Assembly: GCF_009914755.1 (NCBI RefSeq)
Contig: NC_060930.1
Source of the DNA: the human T2T-CHM13v2.0 reference genome, Homo sapiens
Reading direction: 5' to 3' (one strand)
Length of the DNA: 64,000 nucleotides
The position numbers and the translations under genes are program-made. The notes beneath the pieces were generated by a model, which searched no databases, was not told where the DNA came from, and saw only the letters and a list, made by a program, of their open reading frames with translations. This document shows, piece after piece, positions 1 through 12,100 of the stretch. How positions within the stretch are numbered: the first letter of the stretch is position 1; every line of letters begins with the position of its first letter.

Positions 1-3000
1 TTATTTAGAGTTTTTTGAGGCCTATGATAGAAAAGGAAATATCTTCATATAAAAACTAGACAGAATCATTCTCAGAAAATACTTTGTGATGTGTGCGTTC
101 AACTCAGAGAACTTAACCATTCTTTTGATAGAGCAGTTTTGAAACACTCATTTTGTAGAATTTGCAAGCGTATATTTAGAGCACTTTGAGGCCTATGGTA
201 GAAAAGGAAATGTCTTCACATAAAAACTAGACAGAAGCATTCTCAGAGACTACTTTGTGATGTTTGCATTCAACTCACGGAGTTGAACATTCCTTTTGAT
301 AGAGCAGTTTTGAAACACTCTTTTTGTAGAATCTGCAAGTGTATATTTGGACCTCTTTGAGACCTTCGTTGGAAACAGGAATTTCTTTGCATAAAAACCA
401 GACAGAAGCATTCTAAGAAACTTTTTGTGTTTTGTGCATTCAACTCACAGAGTTTATCCTTTCTTTTGATAAACAGTTTTGAAACACACTTTTTCTTGAA
501 TTTGCAAGTGTATATTTAGAGCGCTTTCAGGTCTATGGTAGAAAAGGAAATATCTTCACATAAAATCTATAAAGAAGCATCCTCAGAAACTAATTTGGAT
601 GTATTCATTCAACTCAGAGAGTTGAACTTTCCTCTTTGTAGAGTTGTTTGAAACACTCTTTTTGTAGAATATGCAAGTGGATATTTGGACCACTTTGTTG
701 ACTTCGTTGGAAACGGTATTTCTTCATAATACTAGACAGAAGAATTCTCAGAAACTTTTTTTTGATGTGTGCATTCAACTCACAGATTTGAACCTTCCTT
801 TCGATAGAGCAGTTTTGAAACTCTCTTTTTGTAGAATTTCCAAGTGGATATATAGAGCGTTTTGAGGCCTATGGTAGAAAAGGAAATATCTTCATATAAA
901 AACAAGACAGAATCATTCTCAGAAACTACTTTGTGATGTGTGTGTTCAACTCAAACAGTTTAACCTTTCTTCTGATAGAGCAGTTTTCAAACATTCTGTA
1001 AAGTCTGCAAGTGGATATTTGAAGCGATTTGAGGCCTTCTTTGGAAACTGGAGTATCTTCACATAAAACTAGAGAGAAGTATTCTCAACAACTTCTTTGT
1101 GATGTCTGCACTCAACTCACAGAGTTGAACCTTCCTTTTGATAGAGCAGTTTTGAAATACTCTTTTTGTAGAATTTGCCAGTGTGGATTTAGAGGGCTTT
1201 GAGGCCTATGGTAGAAAAGGAAATATCTTCACATAAAAACTAGACAGAATCATTCTCAGAAACTACTTTATGATGTTTGCATTCAACTCACAGATTTCAT
1301 CATTCCTTTTGATAAAGCAGTTTTGAAACACTCTTTTTGCAGACTCTGCAAGTGGATATTTGGACCTATTTGAAGCCTTCCTTGTAAACGGGAATTTCTT
1401 CACATAAAAACTAGACAGAAGAATTCTCAGAAATTTTTGTGATGTGTGCATTCAACTCTCAGTTTTCAACCTTCCTTTTCATAGAGCAGTTTTGAAACAT
1501 TCTTTTTGTAGAATTTGCAAGTGGATATTTAGAGCGCTTTGAAGCCTATGGTAGAAAAGGAAATATCTTCATATAAAAACTAGACAGAATCATCCTCAGA
1601 AACTACTTTTTAATGTGTGCGTTGAACTCACAGAGTGTAACCTTTCTTTTGACAGATCACTTTTGGAACACTGTGTAAAGTCTGCAAGTGGATAGTAGGA
1701 GAGCTTTGAGGCCTTCTTTGGAAACGGGAATATCTTCACATAAAAAGTAGACAGAAGTATTCTCAGAAACTTCTTTTTGATGTCTGCACTCAACTCACAG
1801 AGTTGAGTGTCCCTTTTGATACAGCAGTTTTGAAACACTCTTTTTGTAGAATTTGCAAGAAGATATTTAGAGCGCTTTGAGGCCTATGGTAGAAAAGGAA
1901 ATATCTTCATATAAAAACTAGATGGAATCATTCTCAGAAACTACTTTCTGATGTGTGCGTTCAACTCATAGAGTTTGACCTTTGTTTTGATAGAGCAGTT
2001 TTGAAACAATCTGTTTGTAAATTCTGCAAGTGGATATTTGGAGCGCTTTGAGGCCCTCTTTGGAAACGGGAGTATCTTCCAAAAGAAATTAGACAGAAGT
2101 ATTCTCAGAAACTTCTTTGTGATGTCTGCACTCAACTCACAGAGTTGAAAATTCCTTTTGATAGAGCAGTTTCGAAACATTCTTTTTGTAGAATTTGCAA
2201 GTGGATATTTAGAGCGCTTTGGGGACTATGTTAGAAAAGGAAATATCTGCATGGAAAAACTACACAGAATCATTCTCAGAAACTACTTTGTGATGTGTGC
2301 ATTTACCTCACAGAGTTTAACCTTTCTTTTGATAGAACAGTTTTGAAATACTCTTTTTGTAGAATCTTCAAGTGTATATTTAGAGTGCTTTGAGGCCTAT
2401 GGTAGAAAAGGAAATATCTTCACATAAAAACTGGACAGAAGCATTCTCAGAAACTATTTTGTGATGTTTGCATTCAACTCACAGAGTTGAACATTCCTCT
2501 TCATAGACCAGTTTTGAAACACTATTTTTGTAGAATCAGTAAGCGGATATTTGGACCTCTTGGAGGCCTTCGTTACAAACAGGAATTCTTCATATAAAAC
2601 TAGACAGAAGAATTCTCAGAAACTTCTTTCCGATGTGTGCATTCAACTCAGAGAGTTGAACCTTCTTTTCGACAGAGTAGTTTTGAAACACTCTTTTTGT
2701 AGAATTTCTAAGCGAATATTTAGGGCCCTTTGAAGCCCTTGGTGGAAAAGGAAGTTTCTTCATGTAAAACTAGACCGAATCATTCTCAGAAACTACATTG
2801 GGATGTGTGCGTTCAAATCACAGAGTTTAACCTTTCTTTTGATAGAGCAGTTTTGAAACACTCTGTAAAGTCTGCAAGTGGATATTTGGAGCAATTTGAG
2901 GCCTTCTTTGGAAATGGGAGTATCTTCACATACAATGTAGACAGAAGTATTCTCAGAAACACCTTTGTCCTGTCTGCACTCAACTCACAGAGTTTAACCT

Positions 3001-6000
3001 TTCTTTTGATAGAGCAGTTTTGAAAATCTCTTTTTGAAGAATTTGCAAGTGTGTATTTAGTAGACTTGAGGCCTTCCTTTTGGTAGAGCAGTTTGAAACA
3101 CTCTTTTTGTTGAATGTGCAATGGATATTTAGAGCGCTTTGCGGCCTGAGTTAGAAGAGGAGATATCTTCATATAAAAAATAGAGGGAAGCATTCTGAGA
3201 AACTACTTTGTGATGTTTGCATTCAACTCACAGAGTTCAACATTCCTTTTGATAGAACAGTTTTGAAACACACTTTTTGTAAAATCTGTAGGTGGGTATT
3301 TGGACCTCTTTGAGGCCTTCATAGTAAACGAGAATTTCTTCAAATAAAAACCAGACAGAAGAATTCTCCGAAACTTTCTGTGATGTGTGCATTCAAGTCA
3401 CAGAGTTGAACCTTCCTTTTGATAGAGCAGTTTTGAAACACTCTTTTTGTAGAATCTGCAAGTGGATATTTAGAGCGCTTTGAAGCCTGAGGTAGAAAAG
3501 GAAATATCTTCATATAAAAACTAGACAGAATCTTTCTCAGAAGTTACTTTGTGATGTGTGCATTCAACTCACTGAGTTTATCTTTTCTTTTGATAGAGCA
3601 GTTTTGAAACAATCTGTTTGTAGAAATTGCAAGTGTATATTTAGAGCTCTTTGAGGTCTAAGGTAGAAAAGGAAATATCTTCACATAAAAACTAGACAGA
3701 AGCACTCTCAGAAACTACTTTATGATGTTTGCATTCAACAGAGAGTTGAACATTCCCGTTGATAGAACAGTTTTGAAACACTCTTTTTATAGAATCTTCA
3801 AGTGGCTATTTGGACCTCTTTGAGGCCTTTGTGGGAAAAGGGATTTCTTCATATAAAACTAGACAGAGGAATTCTCAGAAACTTCTTTGTGATATGTGCA
3901 TTCAACTCACAGAGTTAAACCTTTGTTTTGATAGAGCAGTTTGTAACACTCTTTTTGTAGGATTTCCAAGTGAATATTAAGAGCGCTTGGAGGCCTATGG
4001 TAGAAAAGGAGATATCTTCATACAAAAATTAGACAGAATAATTCTCAGAAACTAATTTTTGATGTGTGCATTCAACTCACCTCGTTTAACCTTTCCTTTG
4101 ATAGAGCTGTTTTGAAACACTGTTTTTGTAGTATTTGCAATGTATATTCAGAGCGCTTTGAGGCCTATGGTAGAAACGGAAATATCTTCACATAAAAACT
4201 AGACAGAAGTATTCTCAGAAACTACTTTTTGATGTTTGCATTCAACTCACAGCGTTGATCATTCCCCTTGATAGAGCAGTTTAGAAACACTCTTTTTGTA
4301 GAATCTGCAAATGGATATTTGGACCTCGTAGAGGCCTTCTTAGGAAATGGGATTTCTTCATATAAAACTAGACAGAGGAATTATCAGAAACTTATTTGTG
4401 AAGTGAGCATTCAACTCACAAAGTTGAACCTTCCTTTCGATTGGACATTTATGAAACACTATCTTTGTAGAATTTTCCAGTGATTATTTAGAGCGCTTTG
4501 AGGCCTATGGTAGAAAAGGAAATATCTTCAAAAAAAAACTAGACAGAATCATTCTCAGAAAATATTTTGTGATGTGTGCATTCAATTCAAAGAGTTTAAC
4601 ATTTCTTTTGAAAGAGCAGTTTTGAAACACCTTTTTTGTAGAATTTGCAAGGGTGTATTTAGAGGGCTTTGAGGCCTATGGTAGAAAAGGAAATATCTTC
4701 ACATAAAAACTAGAAAGAAGCATTCTCAGAAACTACTCTGTGATGTTTGCATTCAACTCACACAGTTCAACATTTCTTTTGATAGATCAGTTTTGAAACA
4801 TTCTTTTTTTAGAATCTGCAAATGGATATTTGGATCTCTTTGATGCCTTCGTTTGAAACAGGAACTTCCTCACGTAAAAACTAGACAGAAGAATTCTCAG
4901 AAACTTTTTGTGACGTGTGCATTCCACTCACAGAGTTGAACCTTCCTTTTGATAGAGCAGTTTTGAAACACTCTTTTTGTAGATTTTGCAAGTGGATATT
5001 TAGAGCGCTTTGAGGCCAATAGTAGAAAACGAAATATCTTCATATAAAAACTAGACAGAATCATTCTCAGAAACGACTTTGTGATGTGTGCGTTCCACTC
5101 ACAGAGTTTAACCTTTCTTTTGATAGTCCAGTTTGGAAACATTCTGTTTGTAAAGTCTGCAAGTGGATATTTGGAGCACTTTGAGGAATTCTTTGGAAAC
5201 GGGAATATCTTCACATAAAAAGTAGATAGAAGTATTCTTAGAAACTTCTTTGTGATGTCTGCACTCAACTCACCGAGTTGAACCTTCCTTTTGGTAGAGC
5301 AGCTTTGAAACACTCTTTTTGTAGAATTTGCAAGTGGATATTTAGAGCGATTTGGGGCCTGTGGTAGAAAAGGAAATATCTTCACAGAAAAACTACACAG
5401 AAGCATTCTCAGAAACCACTTTGTGATGTTTGCATTCAACTTACAGAGGTGAACATTCCTTTTGATAGAGGAGTTTTGTAACAGTCTTTTTGTAGAATCT
5501 GCAAGGGGATATTCGGACCTCTTTGATGCCTTTATTGGAAACGGGAATATCTTCATATAAAAAGTAGACAGAAGAATTCTCAGAAACTTCTTGGTGATGT
5601 GTGCATTCAACTCACAGAGTTGAACCTTCCTTTCCATAGAGGAGTTTTGAAACCCTCTTTTTGTGGAATTTCCAATTGAATATTTAGAGTGCTTGGAGGC
5701 CTGTGTTAGAAAAGGAAATATCTTCATATAAAAACTAGAGAGAATAATTCTCAGAAACTACTTTGTGATGTGTGCGTTCAATTCACAGAGTTTAACATTT
5801 CTTTTGATAGAGCAGTTTGAACAACTCTCTTTGTAGAATTTGCAAGTGTGTATTTAGAGGGCTTTGAGGCGTATGTAGAAAAGGAAATATCTTCACATAA
5901 AAACTAGACAGAAGCATTCTCAGAAACTACTTTGTGATGTTGGCATTCAACTCACAGAGTTCAACATTCCTTTTGATAGAGCAGTCTTGAATCACTCTTT

Positions 6001-6040
6001 TTGTAGAAACTGCAAGTGGATATTTGGACCTCTTTGATGA

Positions 6041-6057
6041 CTTCGTTGGACACGGGA
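6041..6057 (+). promoter_or_regulatory. CENP-B box, 9-nt core intact
   Basis: CTTCGTTGGACACGGGA matches NTTCGNNNNANNCGGGN. Confidence 0.85.
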
Positions 6058-7734
6058 ATTTCTTCTCATAAAAACTAGACAGAAGAATTCTCAGAAACAT
6101 TTTGTGATGTGTGCATTCAACTCACAGAGTTGAACCTTCCTTTTGATAGAGCAGTTTTTAATCACTCCTTTTGTAGAATTTGCAATTGCATATTTAGAGG
6201 GCTTTGAGGCCTATGGTAGAAAAGGAAATACCTTCACAAAAAAAACTAGACAGTAGCCTTCTCAAAAGCTATTTTTGATGTTTGCATTCAAATCACAGAG
6301 TTGAAGATTCCTCTTGATAGAGCAGTTTTGAAACACTCTTTTTGTAGAATCTGCAAGTGGGTATTTGGACCACTTTGAGGCCTTCGTTGGAAACTGGATT
6401 TCTTCATATAAAACTAGACAGGAGAATTCTCAGAAACTTCTTTGTGATGTGTGCATTCAACTCACAGAGTTGAACTTTCCTTTCGATAGAGCAGTTTTGA
6501 AGAACTCTGTAAAGTCTGCAAGTGGATATTTGGACCTCATTGAGGCCTTCGTTGGAAATGGGATTTATTCATGCAAAAACTAGTCAGAAGAATTCTCAGA
6601 AACTTCTTTGGAATGTGTGCATTCAACTCACAGAATTGAACCTTCCTTTCGATAGAGCAGTTTTGAAACACTCTTTGGTAGAATTTCCAAGTGAATAGTT
6701 AGAGTGCTTGGAGGCCTATGGTAGAAAAGGAAATATCTTCATAGAAAAATTAGACAGAATCATTCTCAGAAACTACTTTGTGATGTGTCCATTCAACTCA
6801 CAGAGTTTAACCTTTCTTTTGATAGAGCTGTTTTGAAACTCTTTTCGTGTAGAATTTGCAAGTGTGTATTTAGAGGGCTTTGAGGCCCATGGTAGAAAAG
6901 GAAATATCTTCACATAAAAACTAGACAGAAGCATTCTCAGAAATTACTTTGTGATGTTTGCATTCAACTCACAGAGTTCAAAATTCTTTTTGATAGAGCA
7001 GTTTGAAATACTCTTTTGGTAGAATCTGCAATTGGATATTTGGACCTCTTTGAGGCTTTCGTTGGAAATGGGAATTCCTTCACATAAAAACTAGAAAGAA
7101 GAATTCCATGAAAATATTTTGATGTGTGCATTCAACTCACAGAGTTGAACCTTCATTTTGATAGTGCAGTTTGGAAACACTCTTTTTGCCGAATTTTATA
7201 GTGGATATTTAGAACGCTTTGTGGCCTACGGTAGAAAAATTTATATCTTCATATAAAAACTAGACAGAATCATTCTCAAAAACTACTTTGTGATGTGTGA
7301 GTTCAACTCAGAGAGTTTAGCCTTTCTTTTGATATAGCAGTTTTGAATCACTCTGCAAAGTCTGCAAGTGGATATTTGGAGCGCTTTGAGGCCTTCCTTG
7401 GTAAAGGGAGTATCTTCCTCTAAAAAGTAAAAAGAAGTTTTCTCAGAAACTTCTTTGTGATGTCTGCACTCAACTCAAGGGGTTGAACCTTCCTTTTTAT
7501 AGAGCAGTTTTGAAGCACTATTTTGGTAGAATTTGCAAGTGGATATTTAGAGAGCTTTAAGTCCTAAGGTAGAAAAGGAAATATCTTCATGGAAAAACTA
7601 CATGGAAGCATTCTCAGAAACTACTTTGTGGTGTTTGCATTCCACTCACAGTTTTGAACATTCCTCTTGATAGAGCAGTTTTGTAATACTTTTTATGTAG
7701 AATCTGCAAGTGGATATTTGGACCACTTTGAGGC

Positions 7735-7751
7735 CTTCGTTGGAAACGGGA
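7735..7751 (+). promoter_or_regulatory. CENP-B box, canonical
   Basis: CTTCGTTGGAAACGGGA, exact consensus. Confidence 0.95.
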
Positions 7752-9093
7752 ATTTCTTCATATAAATACTAGACAGAAAAATTCTCAAAAACTTCTTTGT
7801 AATGTTTGCATTCAACTCACAGAGTTGAACTTTCCTTTCCATAGAGAAGATTTGAAATACTCTTTTTGTAGAATTTCCAAGTGAATATTTAGAACGCTTG
7901 GAGGACTAAGGTAGAAAAGGATATATCTTCATATAAAAACTAGACAGAAGCATTCTCAGAAACTACTTTGCGATGTTTACGTTCAACTCACAGAGTTGAA
8001 CCTGCCTTTTGGTAGAGCAGTTTTGAAACACTCTTTTTGTAGAATTTGCATGTGTGTATTTAGAGGGCTTTGAGGCCTATGGTAGAAAATGAAATAACTT
8101 CACATAAAAACTAGAAGGAAGCATTCTCAGAAACTTCTTTCTGATGTTTGCATTGAACTCACAGTGTTCAACATTCCTTTTGATAGAGCAGTCTTGAAAC
8201 ACTCTTTTTCCAGAATTTGCAAGAGGATATTTGGACCTCTTTGAGGCCTTCATTGGAAACGGGAATTTCTTCACATAAAAACCAGACTGAAGAATTCTTA
8301 GAAATTTTTGTGATGTGTGCATTCAACTCACCGAGCTTAACCTTTCTTTTGATAGAGCAGTTTTGAAACACTCTTTTTGTAGAATTAGCAAGTGTGTATT
8401 TAGAGGGCTTTGAGGCCTATGGTAGAAAAGTAAATATCTTCACATAAAAACTGCACAGAAACATTCTCAGAAACTACATTGTGAAGATTCCTTTCAACTC
8501 ACAGAGTTCAACATTCCTTTTGATAGAGCAGTTTTGAAACACTCTTTTTTTAGAATCTGCAAGCAGATATTTGGACCTCTTTGAGGCCTTTGCTGGAAAC
8601 GGGAATTCCTTCACATAAAAACTAGACAGAAGAATTCTCAGAAACGTTTTGTGATGTGTGCATTCAACTCACAGAGTTGAACCTTCCCTTTGATACAACA
8701 GTTTTGAAACACTCTTTTTGTAGAATTTCCAAGTGGATATTTAGAGCGCTTTGAAGCCCATTGTAGAAAAGAAAATATCTTCATATAAAAACTAAACAGA
8801 ATCAGTCTCAGAAACTACTTTGTGATGTGTGCGTTCAACTCACAGAGTTTAACCTTTCTTTTGAGACAGCAGTTTTGAAACACTCTGTAAAGTCTGCAAG
8901 TGGATATTTGGAGCGCTTTGAGGCCTTCGTTTGAAACGGAATTTCTTCATATAATACTAGACAGAAGCATTCTCAGAAACTACTTTGTAATGTTTGCATT
9001 CCACTCACAGAGTTGAACATTACGTTTGATAGAGCAGGTTTGTAACACTCTTTTTGTAGAATCTGCAAGTGGATATTTCGACCTCTTTGAGGC

Positions 9094-9110
9094 CTTCGTT
9101 GGAAACGGGA
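9094..9110 (+). promoter_or_regulatory. CENP-B box, canonical
   Basis: CTTCGTTGGAAACGGGA, exact consensus. Confidence 0.95.
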
Positions 9111-12100
9111 ATTTCTTCATAAAAAAACAAGACAGAAGAATTCTCAGAAACTTCTTTGTTATGTGTGCATTCAACTCAGAGTTGAACCTTCCTTTCAATA
9201 GAGCAGTTTTGAAACACTCTTTTTGTACTATTTCCAAGTGGATATTTAGAGAGCTTTGAGACAGATGGCAGAAAAGGAAATATCTTCATATAGAAACTAG
9301 ACAGAAGAATTCTCAGAAACTATTTTTTGATGTGTGAATTCAATTCACAGAGTTTAAACTTTCTTTTGATAGAGCAGTTTTGAAACGCTCTTTTGGTAGA
9401 ATTTGCAAGTGTATATTTACAGCGCTTTGAGGCCTATTGTATAAAAGGAAATTTCTTAACATAAAAACTAGACAGAAGCATTCTCAGAAACTACATTGTG
9501 ATGTTTGCATTCAACTCACAGAATTGAACATTCCTTATGATAGAACAGTTTTGTAACACTCTTTTTGTAGAATCTGCAAGTGGATATTTGGATATCTTTG
9601 ATTCCTTCATTGGAAAGGGGAATTTGTATAATTTTCAAGTGGATATTTAGAGCGCTTTGAGGCCTATGGTAGAAAAGGAAATATCTTCATATTAAACCTA
9701 GACAGAATTATTCTATGAAACTACTTTGTGATGTGTGGGTTCAACTCACAGAGTTTAACCTTTCCTTTGATAGAGCAGTTTTGAAACACTCTTTTTGTAG
9801 TTCTTGCAAGTGGATATTTAGGGTGCTTTGAGGCCTATGGTAGAAAAGGAAATATCTTCACATAAAAACTAGACAGAAGCATTCTCAGAAACTACTTTGT
9901 GATGTTTGCATTCATCTCACAGACTTGAACATTCCTCTTTATAGAGCTGTTTTGAAACAGTCTTTTCGAAAATTTGCCAGTGGATATTCGGACCACCTTG
10001 AGGACTTCTTTGGAAACGAGTTTTCTTCATATAAAACTAGAGAGAAGAATTCTCAGAAACTTCTTTGTGATGTGTGCATTCAAATCACAGAGTTGAACCT
10101 TCCTTTCGACAGAGCAGTTTTGAAACACTCCTTTTGTATAATTTCCAAGTAAATATTTTGAGGGCTATGAGGCCTATTGTAGAAAAGGAAATATCTTCCT
10201 ATAAAAACAAGACAGACTCATTCTCAGAAATTAATTTGTGATGTGTGTGTTCAACTCACAGAGTTTAACCTTTCTTTTCATAGAGCAATTTTGAAATACT
10301 CTGTAAAGTCTGCAAGTGGATATCTGGAGCGTTTTGTGGTCTTCTTTGGAAATGGTAGTATCTTCACATAAAATGTTGACAGAAGTATTCTCAGAAACTT
10401 CTTTGTGATATCTGCACTGGATTCACAGAGTTGAATTTTTTTTGATAGGGCAATTTTGACACACCCTTTTTGTAGAATTTGCAAGTGGATATTTAGAGCG
10501 CTTTGCGGGCTTTGGTAGAAAAGGAAATATCTTCATAGAAAAACTACACAGAAGCATTCTCAGAAACTACTTTGTGATGTTTGCATTCAACTCACAGAGT
10601 TGAGCATTCCTCTGGATAGAGCAGTTTTGGAAAACTCTTTTTGTAGAATCTTCAAGTGGATAATTGGACCTCTCTGTGGCCTTCGTTGGAAATGGGATTT
10701 CTTCCTATAAAGCTACACGGAAGAATTCTCAGAAACTTCTTTGTGATGTGTGCATTAAACTCACAGAGTTGAACCTTCCTTTTGATAGAGTAGTTTTGAA
10801 ACACTCTTTTTGTAGAATTTCCTATTGAATATTTAGAGTGCTTTCAAGCCAATAGTAGAAAAGGAAATACCTTCATATAAAAACTAGACAAAATCATTCT
10901 CAGAAACTACTTTGTGATGTGTACGTTCAACTCAGAGAGTTTATCCTTTCTTTTGATACAGTAGTTTTGAAACACTCTGTAAAGTCTGCAAGTGGATATC
11001 TGGAGCGCTTTGAGGCCTTCTTTGGAAAAAGGAGTATCTTCACATAAAAAGTAGACAGAAGTGTTCTCGGAAACTTCTCTGTGATGTGTCCATTTAACTC
11101 ACAGAGTTGAACGTTCCTTTTGATAGAGCAGTTTTGAAACACTCTGTTTGTAAAGTCTGCAAGTGGATATTTGGAGCGATTTGAGGCCTTCTTTGGAAAC
11201 GGGAATATCTTCACATAAAAAGTAGACAGAAGTATTCTCAGAACCTACATTGTGATGTCTGCACGAAACTCACAGAGTTGAACCTTTCTCTTGATAGAAC
11301 AGTTTTGAAACACTCTCTTTGTAGAATCTGCAGGTGGATATTTAGAGCGCTTTGTGGCCTATTTTAGAAAAGTAAATATCTTCATATAAAAAGTAGACAG
11401 AATCATTCTCAGAAATTACTTTGTGATGTGTGCATTCAACTCACAGAGTTTAATCTTCTTTTGATAGAGCAGTTTTGAAACACTCTGTTTGTAAAGTCTG
11501 GAAGTGGATATTTGGAGCGCTTTGAGGAATTCTTTGGAAACGGGATTATCTTCACATAAAAAGTAGACAGAAGTATTTTCAAAAATTCCTTTGTGATGTC
11601 TGCACTAAACTCACAGAGTTGAACCTTCTTTTTGGTAGGGCAGTTTTGAAACACTTTTTTGTAGGATTTGCATGTGGATATTTACAGCACTTTGGGGCCT
11701 ATGGTAGAAAAGGAATTATCGTCATAGAAAAACTACACAGAAGCATTCTCAGAAACTACTTTGTGTTGTTTGCATTCAACTCACAGAGTTGAACATTCCT
11801 GTTGTTACAGCAGTTTTGTAACACTCTTTTTGTAGAATCTGCAAAGGGATATTTAGAACTCTTTGAGGCCTTCATTGGAAACGCTATTTCTTCATATAAA
11901 ACTAGACAGAAGAATTCTCAGAAACTTCTTTGTGATATGTGCAGTCAGAGAGTGGAACGTTACTTTCGATAGAGCAATTTGAAACACTCTATTTGTTGAA
12001 TTTCCAGGTGGATATTTAGAGCGATTTAAGAACTATGGCAGAAAAGGAAATATCTTCATATAAAAACTAGACAGAATCATTCTCAGATACTACTTTGTGA

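Noticed and set aside
4897-5727. 276-aa minus-strand ORF and the many similar K/F/S-rich ORFs throughout the window
   Set aside because: They are translations of alpha satellite. A 171-bp monomer is 57 codons, so the frame is kept and the peptide repeats (..KFLRILLS.FY.KIFPF..). There is no gene context or domain.
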